NCBI GenBank assembly: GCA_047967505.1
Contig: CM106538.1
Origin: Dipteris shenzhenensis
Lineage: Eukaryota
Length of the DNA stretch: 64,000 bases
Strand: one strand, 5' to 3'
Positions 26,164-38,169 of this stretch are shown here, in pieces. The notes under the pieces were generated by a model. It was not told the DNA's origin and made no database searches. It saw only the letters and a program-made list of their open reading frames with translations. Position 1 is the first letter of the stretch; each line of letters opens with the position of its first letter. The translations under genes and the position numbers were made by a program.

Positions 26164-26557
26164 ATGCCTTTCCTTTTTTACTGAGAGGAGCCTTCCATCT
26201 GGGTATCCAAATATGTCACTTGAATTTATATCCTTTTTACTTGGCCAGCACTAGAGAGTTTTATGAAACTCTAAAATCCTACGAAGCCATGTGGCACCAT
26301 CTAAGTCGTTAGATCAACTGGCCTATTATTAGCTACTTACAATATACTTAGCAGCTGGCCAAGCATTCTAGTTAAATGTATAACATGGTGATGGGATGGC
26401 CTGTACAAACTTTCCTTGTCTTATTTGTCGTGTACTTGTATAATATTGTAACTTTTTGAAGAACAGATTTTAAAGGGTTTCATTTTGCGAGAAAAGTTGT
26501 AATGTTTAAAGTGGTTATTATGGGCAACTTGATGTAAACCTTTGCAAAGGGGAAAAT

Positions 26558-29029
26558 TGTTGTGGGCAAATTGAATGTAACTATGGAACACATGAGTGTG
26601 TATGTGGACGTGTGTATCTAGAGTTGATAAGTCATAGTCAATGGATGCTGGAGAGTTGGCTAAGTCTAACAGCTGATCTCATCCATGATGTCAAGAGCTT
26701 TTGTACTTGCCTCTATAAAAGGCTCTTCTATTTGAATAAAGATATCATTCTTGTGTGCTACGATGTTCTTCATATTCTACCCACCTTGAGCTCTCCCACT
26801 CCTCACCCACCAACTCCAACAGTTGATATCAGAGCTTGTGCATCCCCCTTGAGCCCACGTGGACATCTTCTTCTCCACTGCCCTCTTCTTCTTGCAATTT
26901 CTCCCCTTTCTTGCTTGAGCTAGTTCTCCCACCTCGGAGCTCCATTGCCCACCAAACTTAGGCAGGCTTTTACCCTCCAATAGGCAACTTTACCATTCAG
27001 AGGAATTAGAGAGATATCCTCTACTGTGTGCGCTGCCTCACTTTGTCTCTGACAACTTTTTCAATATTTTGGGCTGTACACAACGAATCAGTCTAATTCC
27101 TTTTAGCCATGCATGGAGCTTACTAAGAGCTAGCTTATATCCCAATTTGAGCTCAAATGGCTCACGGGTTGAGGAGAAATGGATGAAAAACATGTTGCCC
27201 TTCATGAGCCTGGCTATGGCGACCTAACACGGCATTTCACCTCTCCTTTGCTGTGCTTATTCTCTGCTGAAAAGGCTTTCTTTTGGCATAAAAAGCCCCT
27301 TGAATGGTTCTCATATTGTGGAGAAATCAGTCCTCCAACTTTCTACTATTTTGGTGAAGATTTTTTATAGCTTTGGGAAGTGTAATGCTTGCAATGAGTG
27401 AAAATATGTGTTAAGGATTATGCATTAACTTTAAGCTTGCAGTTTTAAAAGCATGGAAACATTTCAAGAGACTAGATCCTCTCATGGCTTCCTCTTTTTG
27501 CATTGAAGATGCAAATCGATGACTTTCTTTGACTATACATATTTTTACTATTTTCAAGAGGAGCATTTTCTTGACCACTCAGCCCCAACATTTCTGCATC
27601 AGAAAATCAGTTTGTAAGGGATTAGACATTGCTGTATTACAGTAAGATCTTCCCCTATGGCGAATTCAACAAAGCTAGGCAAATTTGATGGGAATCCTTT
27701 TCACAATTGGCAGACCAAGGTAAAGTTCACTCTTGAGGAAGGGACTTTGGAACATTACAAATGGCAAAGAGTAGAAACTAGCCACACGAGAGCAAAAGAA
27801 ATATGGATAGGGAAAGATGAGAAGGCTCTTGGAATTATTGCTTTTGGATTAAGTGAAGAATTCATCCATCACATCGATGAAAAAGACACGTCCTTCGAGG
27901 CCTGGGAAGAATTGGAGAAATTTTTTGACACACAAGCCAAAAGTTTCAAGATTAGCCTCATGCAGTTCTTTGAATTGAACTTAAACAAAGGTGAATCTCT
28001 TGCTACATATCTCAATCAAATGAAGAGTTTGACTACTCAACTCGCAAGAGTCAAAGTAAATATGGATAAAGATGAGTGTATATCAATTTTATTAAAGAGT
28101 CTACCGCAGGAAGACTATGTAACATTTTACAACACTTACTAATCTCCTTGCTCCAAAGCTCATGGATATTGTTGGCTCACTCATGGAAAAAGAAAAGAAG
28201 ATCAAGCAATAGCAAGGATATCATTATAATGAAGCTTATTTCACCGAGAAGACATCCAAAGGATCAACATCGAAGGTCTTCTCCAAGGATAAAAGCAAGG
28301 GTCGTTATTGTGGAAAACTAGGCCATTTTGAGAAGGATTGCTTAACTTAAAAAAAGGCTTTTTGCAAACCTTGTTGAAGACAATGAAGATGAAGAAGAAA
28401 AGGTATTGAGGCTACATAGGGGGCCAATTTTATCGAACATGAATGGGCTTTTGAAAGCTGAGTGTGTTGGAATAATGGTTCTCTGCCTTGGGTAGTCCCC
28501 CTAAAATGATTGTATTGCTTTGGGTAAGAGTGTGAGTTTGTCTTGTTTTGAGTAATTCAAAGTGTCTAGGGCTACTCCTAGTCATCTTGCCAAAGAAACC
28601 CCAAGGGTATTGGAAACCAAGATACCAAATTCAGATTGAGATCATATTGGGGTGAGGACGCCCAAATAAGTCTACTGGCGATGCAACTAGAGTGAGTGCC
28701 AAGTTGGGATCATGAGTGTTGTCACTACAGGTGGGCAAGCCATGAAGTTTCCCATGGACTATTGCTAGGGTTTAAGCCATCAATTTGAGGGGGGTATGTT
28801 GGGCAAATTGATGTAATTAGGATATGGGACATATGAGTGTGTATGTGGACGTGTGTGTATCTAGATTTGATAAGTCATAGTCAATGGACGGTGGAGAGTT
28901 GTACTAGCTGATCTCAAGAGCTTTTGTACTTTCTATATAAGGCTTTTCTACTACCCTTCTTGTGTGCTACTATGTTCTTCACATTCTGCCCGCCTTGAGC
29001 TCTCCACTTCTCATCCATTAACTCTAACA
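26558..29029 (+). mobile_element. Non-autonomous gag-only copia-type LTR element (TR-GAG-like)
   Basis: LTRs ~26558-26821 and 28797-29029 (TG...CA); degenerate PBS tgatatcagagc (26824); PPT gagggggg before 28797; flanks AAAAT/AAAAA; the internal region has only gag. Confidence 0.85.
27657..28350 (+). pseudogene. copia-type gag (UBN2-like region plus zinc knuckle), frameshifted
   Basis: KFDGNPFHNWQTKVKF..DEKALGII..AWEEL..LLKSLPQEDY, followed by a xxYCGKLGHFEKDC knuckle at ~28300-28342. Confidence 0.85.
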
Positions 29030-29499
29030 AAAAATTAGTTAAATATTTCCAGCAAGGGAGAAAATTAAACTTGGACATCATGCGTACTTTCAATTAGATA
29101 CTGAAAGCGAATCGAATTGGTTCCATGTGATTTTGGTTGAATCATAGTTGTATTCGTTCTTCACTTTTATGGCCCTCATGATAGAATTACCTCACGCTCG
29201 ATATTTCCTGTTCTTTTGGGCATTAGTCACTCACAGGTTCACAAACAAAAAGTGGCAATTTTTTTGGAAGTATTTTATATCCATGAAAAATGTATGTGCT
29301 AGCATATTGTAGTACCCTAAGCATTTGTGAGTGTCTTAAAGCATCTAGTCAAATGAGTCATGTATTGAGACCTATACAATAAAAATAAAAAATATTTTGA
29401 ATGAAGTAAAGCTGCGTACAAATTAGACATAGTAGCAATCTCCTAGGAGAATTTAGGACAATTGTAAGAGACACAACCTAGCTTATCACCCTTATGTTC

Positions 29500-30150
29500 A
29501 TTAAACTTAGAACACGTTACAAATGATGGGTTTGCCTTGGTAAGTTTGAGACTGTAAAAGGACTTGGCTTCCATTTGGGTTGAGAGCAACACCTTTCTTG
29601 CATAAGGATGTATTATTTCTCACTTGCCATACATATCCTCCAACAACAGACCAAATAGTTTTTGAATTTGAGGACATGCCACACATCTTTTGAAATTCCA
29701 TGTCTCCAAGAGCTCATGACATTGAACCTTGCACCCTTGAGCCAGCTGGTCAATTGATTCCATATTCCTCTTAGATAGGGGTTCCTCTGCATGGGAATAA
29801 CCAGCACACCTAGATACTATAGCAGGGCACTTAATGAAGGACATATTGTTGCCACATCTACATGAACACAAGCTTTTAGGGCTACCAACCTTGTATACTA
29901 GCATAATATGTTAATGCCTTCAAATTTTATAGTGTGAGGATGGGGATTCTTTGCTCTCCTAGCTAGGAGGGACCATGGAAGCCCTGAGATTTGAACCCAC
30001 TGAGGCAAGAAAGGTATGGTTTCTTTCCTTGGGGGCACTATACTCACTAAATCTAGGTTGTCGGAACACAAGCAAAGTTGTATGATTGAGTTATGGGGGG
30101 TGGGGATATCATAAGGGGCAATGCTTATGCCTTCGAACAAGAAAGTAGAA
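29500..30150 (-). mobile_element. Possible L1-type LINE ORF1 relic
   Basis: PQWVQISGLPWSLL resembles the plant L1 ORF1 WV.I.GLP motif, followed by a decayed Cys/His segment. Confidence 0.4.
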
Positions 30151-30559
30151 CACTATTACAACCTTAACTATAATATAGAATAGAGGCTTAAGGGATGTAA
30201 AGACATGACCTAAGGCTATATATTGGCATTAGGAATTTGGGATATGCACATTGAATGATCATTATGCTTGGATATTTTGGAGCTTGTCCATAGGCATGGC
30301 ATGCCTTCCTTGTGCGAAGGCGGTATCTATGGTATGGAACATAATATCTATTGAGCTAAGATCAGGCCATGGATTTTAGTGACCTCTTATGCTTGGGGAT
30401 AGGGGCTCTATGGTTGGGTGGTGAGGTGTTTTATATGGATTGTTTCTTTTTTGTAGACAATTATTGTTAGTTGACTCAGATTGAAATTGTCTCAATCCTA
30501 TTAGAGTAAGTCTACTAAGTGAAAGGAAGTGGGAAAAGGAGAGTTGTCCGTTTTGAGTG

Positions 30560-31300
30560 GTTGACTCTTTTTGGTTGTATTGTCAAAATACTCTACTTGA
30601 AAAAATTGCAAACTTTGTCTTTTTGTCAAGGTTTTATGATGGAAAAGGCTTCTTTCATGTTGAGCATTGGATCCGGATAGGTCTCTTTAGAAGATGGGAG
30701 AACACAATGATCATGGTGCGCTTGGAAAGAGAGAAGAGCATACTGTCAAATCCTAAAAGCTATGGTTGCAATCTTTTTGAAATGCAAGCTATCCGTGTTT
30801 ATTACAAAGTCCGCAAAAACTCAACTTTTGAGATAGACTGCAAACATTCAGCAGTCAAAATTTTCTCTACCTTGCATGACATAGTATTTAGACCCTTGGT
30901 ACATTGCATGAATTTATTGTGATGTTGGTTGTGTGCACTGAAAATGGATGCTATAAAAAGGATCACACTTGTGGGGTAAGCACAGTACTATTACTCATAT
31001 TAAAAGTACTGTTGGGACTTGCTCAAGAAACTACTAACCGGTCATTGCCACACTATTGATTATAGTTTGAATCTTATCATTCTATGATAGAGAAAATATA
31101 TCTCTTGTAATATTTCTATTAGTAATGAGTGTGACTGTTCAAGAGTTGAAGCTTGTTGTTTGGGATAGTTAATGAAACCATGTGTATTGGACGTTAGACG
31201 CATCCTGAGCATGACAACGTGTGTATTTTGAACTTTGAAGGATGGTGGATTTTTGCTACACATCTCATGGGGTCAAAATACTTTTTCCGATAAAGACCTT
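30560..31300 (+). mobile_element. Highly decayed copia RT/RNase H relic
   Basis: Collinear remnants of the PDI.F.V, W.AIKRI..L.GT and H..TKHI motifs across frames. Confidence 0.5.
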
Positions 31301-31615
31301 ACGGCATTGTGGTAGTTTTGTCTAACATGTGGTGAATTTCTTGAGATCTGTCAAACATCTGGCATTCTTGTATGCTAAGGCCTTATGACATTGTGGCAGT
31401 TTTGTTGCAAATGGGAATTTCAATTCCAAGGTGGCATGTGGCCCCTTGCCTTTTTTCCCGCATTTTTTCCCCACAAAACTAGAGAGCTCTTGAGGCCAAT
31501 GGTTTTGTGGGAGAAAAGACTATGAAGTGATTGAGGATTGAAAATGACATAGAGTCCATATGTAATCAAACATTATGATATTTACCATCATGAATTTGTT
31601 TAAAAACCCTATTCA

Positions 31616-31783
31616 CACCATGTCATTTATAGATTAAGTTTGCTTATTACGAATTCTAGTGGTTGGTGACAAGGCAACCAAGTCATCATTTGATGCAACT
31701 CACCATGTCATATGGTTTATGTTTGCTTATTAAGAGTTATGGTGGTTGGTGACTTGGCAACCAACTCAACATTGATGCAACCT
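31616..31783. repeat. Diverged tandem duplication, ~85-bp unit x2
   Basis: caccatgtcat...gtttgcttatta...gtggttggtgac..ggcaaccaa...ttgatgcaac occurs twice. Confidence 0.8.
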
Positions 31784-32846
31784 CTGACATGGCAGCTAGC
31801 TCGACATCTAGTACATCATTTACAATTGTCCACCCAATTGTGATAAAGTAATGGGTGGCGTTTGAAGGGGAGCCAAAAACAAATGATGAAACTTAGAGCC
31901 TTTTCTACACAATCTTATAAGGAGCTTCCTTTAACAACCTTTTGGATAGTCTTTCTTCCTTGTAATAATCAATGTTGTCTGTGGTCTCCATTTGCTTTTG
32001 ATATAGTTGTTGTGTGGATGTACTTCATGTCCCTAATCATACTTCGTAGCATTCTCTAAGGAAAATTCAATGATAGGAAATATTACAATTGTAACAACAT
32101 TGGGCTTATTACAAAATTTTATGTAGCACCAAAAGCCAACAATTTCAAAATGTGCCTAGATAAAAAAGCAAATGATATGTCTGATGATTGATGCATACTA
32201 GGAGCAAAATGGGTCAATGGACCTCATTCATGCCCTTATTTAAACAACATCTATCTTCCTATTGCAACAAAGATAATAAAGGCATTCAAGTATTATAACT
32301 CGATTAAAGATGTGTTCCAACACTAAAACTTCCCCTAATTTCAAAGTCCCCAATTGATTCATATGTGGAAATAATATAGCCTCATACTTTTCCACTTATA
32401 TGCAGATACTTGAAGTTCAATGTTCACAATATCAATATTTCAACTATGTCGAGGATTTTTTTTGATGGTGTGATTGCCTTTTAGGTGCTGAAGCTATTTG
32501 TGACTTGAGCCCCCCCCACGAGCGGAGCTTCCTTTGATGACCTTTTTGATAGGCTTTCTCCCTTGTAAGCATCACTGTTGTCTATAGTCTTGCTTTTGAT
32601 GTGTAGATACACTTGAAGTACACTGTTCACAATATCAAATTTTGGACTATGCTAAGGAGTTCTTTAATGGGAGGGATTGGATTTCAGGTGTAGTAGCTCT
32701 TTGTGACTTGAGATGTAGATGTACAACACACATGCTTTAAAAAGAAATTTGCGAATTTCTACATTTGAAATATTCATCTTTTCTTGTGACCCATTTTGAT
32801 GTCATATTCTATAGTGTGTATATAAATTGCATTGTAGCAAGCTTGT

Positions 32847-33770
32847 TCAAATAAGAATTTGATAGGCTCTTTTGAATTGTATAATGGGGAGCTTGGGAAC
32901 TCTGTTGTTGCATTTTACAATGCCATTCTCTTGATTGATGCACTTGCATGTTAATTCTCTTTTGATGTCGTGATATCCATATAAATTGTTAAGCTTGTGA
33001 GATTCATACTTACCATCATTGTCACAACTTAATGTTGATATGTTTGCCAATTCATTTCTTGATAAGGAGTTTAAAAAATTGAAACTTTGAAAATTCTTCC
33101 AAGAAATAAATCTAGGTTTTCCTAAAGAAGCCATCAATGAAAGTGATATAGTAAATTTTTTTGCCAAGTGATTGATACTAGGCTTAGCCCCCCAAATGTT
33201 ATTGTGCACTAATATAAGGACATCTATGATCAATTCTTTGGATTGAGGAAAAGGATTTCTATCCATGTAAAAAGAAGATTCATATATCTTGATCTAGACA
33301 CTACAATTGTGATAGTCCTTGGACTATATTATCCAGCTTCATGACATAGAGTGTTTATACTATTTTTACCAAAGAATGATTATTGTAGTTTGATTACTAG
33401 ATAGTGCAATGTTTTTTGGTGTGAGGGAAAATCAATCCTTCGGCAACAAGGTCATTTTTTTTTGAGACTAACTTCACTAGTCAAGACTCCTTTTCTTATT
33501 GAATAAGATGTCATAGTTATTATCAAACCATCATTGACAATGCATTCTGAGTCAAGTCCATAACATGCAAAACGTCACTAATGACCCTGATTTGGCCAAA
33601 ATACTTTGAATAAGACCATTAGTGACAAACATATGCTCCTCGAGATTTTGATTAATTTGCAGTATTGAAAGCCACTCTTCATGGCTGTCATATGTGCAGT
33701 GCCACTAGAATCTACTAGCCATTCTAGTAGTTCATGTTGCTTAGGTTCATGATTTATTCTCATCATCAAG
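32847..33770 (-). mobile_element. Decayed copia protease/integrase relic
   Basis: WLVDSSGTAHMT (protease); LVHNNIWG, CDNDGKYES, QENGIVKCNNR (integrase core). Confidence 0.75.
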
Positions 33771-35041
33771 ATAATTGTAATGTCTTAAATACGTGGATCT
33801 ATGTCCTTGTAATAGATCTATGGGCGTTTTGATTCCTAGGATCATGTATACCACAATCCCCTTAGAGTGTTTCCATTGTTCTTGTAGATGTTTTCATTTC
33901 CTTTATCTTCTCCTCTATTTTTCCAAGGACTTATATGAAAATTTTAGTGGTTTAATGGTTTTTATTGTTTAAAATTGCCCCTACTATTGTAATTGCCTTA
34001 ATAATTACCATATGGTTGGTTTTAACCTTTATATGAGGTTAGAAGTCTTACTTTGGGAGCCAAGTTAGCCTATCTAGGTGAGCTTTGGACTCTTGCTATA
34101 AAAATAGTTCAATACTTTTTCTAGAAAACAATCATGATATATGTAGCCATGGCCTAATTCCATATATTTGCATGAGTGCTTGGGCCGTGGGTATTGGCAT
34201 GAGTGCTTGGGCCATGCACATTCCCACTAAGTACTAACTAGATTGTGAGTCTTAATTATCAGATTTATATTGGCGTGGGAGTTGAGGCCATGGGCCCTCC
34301 TTAGGAAGATACAAATTACTACTTGTCCATAGGTATGGGAGTCTAGTTAGTTAGCTCAATGTGCCAATGGTGTTAGGGCATGCAGATCTCTACTCATTCC
34401 ATGGAACTTGTGGCCTTTATATGCTTGAAGCGAGCATGATGAGCTCTATGGTTGGGTAGTTCATCTCAACTAGTGTAACTCCTAGCCTTTATCTTGATAG
34501 ACATGATTGTGGTAGTTAGCTAATGTAGTAACAAGCTAGTCATGACCCAAAAATTGAAACCTACCAATGCTAGAATTTACTCATCATAGACTTGCGTGGA
34601 ACTAGTAAAGAATATATTTAACCCCAATGTAGAAATCAAAAGAAATTGGACCTAGTATCTAGAGCTTACATATTTGAGACCACTAGTTCTCAGACCATTA
34701 GGAAAAAAGGGAGCTCATTTTGGGGCCCTGTAAGAAATTCACTATTTTCTCTTTTATCTCTCTTCTAAAATGTGGAAAAAGCAATAAAATACGGATATTT
34801 GTTAGTTCAAGACCAAAAGTGTGTCAGTCCAGGGAGGAATGAAAAATTTCTTTCAAATAATTAAGAAGACGCTGCATTAAACTCTCCATATAGATTCCGC
34901 ATCTCTTTCGAGGGTGGCCTCTAATAAAGAACCCATCATGCCATCACTAATCCATTTTTTTTCAAATATTTGAATGGTTACTATGAAAGATTAGATGAGT
35001 TTTATATAAAGAAGACAAGATGAAGAACCAACCCTCACGAA

Positions 35042-36824
35042 ATGGCTGTTGAAGAAGAACCTCAAAAGAAGCGACTACACCATTTGCACATTGATTTAGA
35101 AGAAAAATATGTACCGCTACAGAAAAGAGGAAAGGTTCCACTTGTAAATGATGAGAAAAAGGAAAACATGAGAAGAGCAGCAGGCTCCCAACATCTCGAC
35201 TTATGGTGCGATGGACAGATTTACCCAAAATGTCCATTGAGAAATTCTAGCCCTCCATTTTCTAATCCGACAACGTTATTGAGGTTTGTGGGTAACGGGA
35301 ACAATGGAATGTATGGATACATTTCGACTCAACATTCAACTGCAAAAATGTACAAGATATTGTATGTCCGAGAAAGAATGGAGAAGGCACAAGAAATGTC
35401 GATAAATCCAGACTTGAAAGAGCAACTGGGCAAAGGGAAATCGAAGAGCATTCAAAGACAAAAAATGAGGTACGGAGAGCAAGAATGAAGAGAACGGTTC
35501 TTGGAGAGAGACAATGAAGCAAGAGAATTCGAAACATTGCGGAGTTGAAAGCTGGCACTAGAGGATGTAAGGGCAAGTACAGAAAGCAAGGTAAGAGTAC
35601 ATCTTGTTTAGCCATTGTATTTGTATATGTGTGTCTGTCTTGCAAGAAAATGTGTAATATTGCAAAGTGTACTTGTTGCAGGGAAATTTTAGGACCTCAA
35701 AAAGAAAACATTGATCCCGTCAAACAAATGAAGGGTTTAGTCTCTCCACTGTTGTTGCAAAGAACATGATGGAGGAAAAGAAGTTTAAGAAGGTAAAACG
35801 TGAAGTTCTTGAAGACTTTGTATTGGAAAGTAAAGCTAATGTCACAAAAATTCAAGAGGCTCTTGATGTGAGTGGAGTAAGAAAAAAGGGATATGCTTCA
35901 ATATTTAGAGTTCTGTCATCATTGAAAGATCTGTTGTTACCAACACCAGCACAAGTGTGGAAGGAACGAGGTCATCTCAACCAAGAAATTGATAAGTTTA
36001 TTGGACAGTGCTTTCATATCGAAAGTGTATATGAAAGTGAAAAGGGAAGCACTACATATAGTGCTTGGAATAATATTTTTGTAGATCCTGAACAATTGTA
36101 GAGACTTATGGTTGAGTTTACAGTATCACATTTGAAGAATGTAAAAGAGTTTTGAAGTTTGTTGTGAAGCTCGATGAGTGTGAAATTCTCAAGGAAAAAA
36201 AGATAGAGAGAGTTTCTATCACTTTGATGAATTGAGCACTTGATTAATCGATCACAAAGTCCAGCTCAAAGTACTTCAGTGTCCAATCAAAAAAGCACAT
36301 ATGGTGGTTGGGTGCATTTGAGGTATGTAAACTATCGCCTTCCAAATTAGTCTTTACTCGAAATGTAATAAATTTTATATCATATATCTTGCAAACCTGT
36401 GGTTTTAAATTATAGGTGAAGACTAAGGATCATGCAATACTTTATTGGTTGGGTATTTCATCAAATAGATATACCATCAATTATCAAGAGTCAAGTCCAA
36501 GGACACCATCTTCATGCTCCAAGGAAGGGTAATTTTCAAATTGAATGGCATATGGCAGGTGACCTGAAGAAACTGAAGTGTATGTTCAATATAAGCAAAG
36601 GGGGTAACTCAAAATCTCCTTGCTTGTACTGCAACAAACCAGCGCATGTCCTAGATTCTAAATGGTGGAAAAGAGCACCCAATAGAGATAAAGTAGATAA
36701 AAATTTCAAAGCATTTATTGAGATCCCATTATGCAATGTTCACATTTGTACATTGCATGCATTATGTAGGATCATTGAGAAACTAGTTTTCCTATATATT
36801 GGATTTGCATGGAGAAAGGCTTGA
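35042..36824 (+). pseudogene. Spliced DDE transposase-like gene (Transib/RAG1/Chapaev-like), 3'-truncated
   Basis: GYASIF..LLPTPAQV, VVKLDE (candidate first Asp), WHMAGDLKKLKCMFNISKGGNSKSPCLYC (second Asp plus CxxC), CTLHALCRIIEKL. Introns at ~35590-35681 and 36323-36415; stops and frameshifts. Confidence 0.65.
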
Positions 36825-36829
36825 TAGTT

Positions 36830-38160
36830 TACCAAGCCCAGGGATTCTACTTCCAATTGTCCTCAGGAGGAATGTGTCATCTTCAACGAACAATTGCCAT
36901 ACACAAAACACACTAAGATTTAAAAAAAACCATCAAATTGCATATCTAAACTCCAAATTTAAGAAAGGTAGGTTCCTTACCTCAATATTCTCATCTTTCT
37001 CTAGTATATCATTATTAAACAAGGAGATACCCATCTCCTCCTTCCCCTCGACACTGTGACTGATATCCAAGCTTGTTGTGAGGTTCATTGGTGCTTGGGT
37101 TTCCTCAAAGATTGTCTCATCCATCTCTTCATACATTTTGGCTTGCTCAAAATAGATGGCAATGCTTCCAAAGGGTTGAATTTGTCCTCTAGCTCTAACA
37201 AAGGATTGCATCCTTACTTCCTTTTCAACCCTACAAGATTGTGCAATAAGGGCAATTGCATAATCTTCTCTCAAATTAAACAGGAACAAGACATACTCTT
37301 TTCCCTCAATATTGGATGAGGGAATAATGGGCACAGTGAGGTCGGAGCTCTCAGCCTTGACATCATCCACTATGACAACATCTCTTAGGGTCTCATTTTT
37401 AAGGCCACTAGGTCTAATGCTGCAACTACAAGCTCCTCTTGTGTTGGGCTGATCTTGTCTTCCACTTCTGGTAGGTTAAACTTATTTTCTATTTCCTCTT
37501 CCTCATTGCTATCCTTTGAGTCCTGAACTGACCCATCAGCATAGTGTACATACATGGCAAATGCAAGTGACTCTTCAAGTATCATACAATCGCCCTTGTG
37601 TACAGTGCAGATTCCCTTGTGGCAATCTTTAAAACTGTCAAGTAGCTTGTGCATTTGATACCTCATCCTGTCATTTGCAGCAATGTCCTTGACATGTACA
37701 AAAGTCTTATTGTTGACAACTTTTGATCCTTCAACTGTCAGCTTGTGGAAGGATTCATACACCTCTCAAAGAAAATCCTTGTGCTGTGTCAGAAGAGACC
37801 GCAAATCCATCTCCCTATTGAACATCTCATGGGATTTGTGACAGTGCATTTGGCATTCTGACTTCTATAAAAATTCAAAGAGCTACAGTTGGGGTGACTT
37901 CTTTTCCTCCTCCTTTCCCTTAGCAATTGACTATCCACATTTGTCTTGACCCTTGTCATTGGGATTTGTTCTCTTGACTACATCATACAAAATAAAAAAT
38001 GAGTCCTGCACATATAGCTAAAAAGAAACAGAAGCACTCATAAAGAAATTCTTACCAAGAGATTCCTCCTCCCTTATAGCATAAGTTGAGAGGTCAATGG
38101 TCTTCCTGACAGGCTTGGTGCATCACCTGCATCACCTAGATGGTTAGTTCCTCCTCTTTG
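36830..38160 (-). pseudogene. Unknown decayed coding sequence convergent on the transposase
   Basis: Consecutive protein-like ORFs 37385-37762 and 36933-37370 plus upstream exon-like pieces; no domain recognised. Confidence 0.45.
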
Positions 38161-38169
38161 AAAGTTTGT

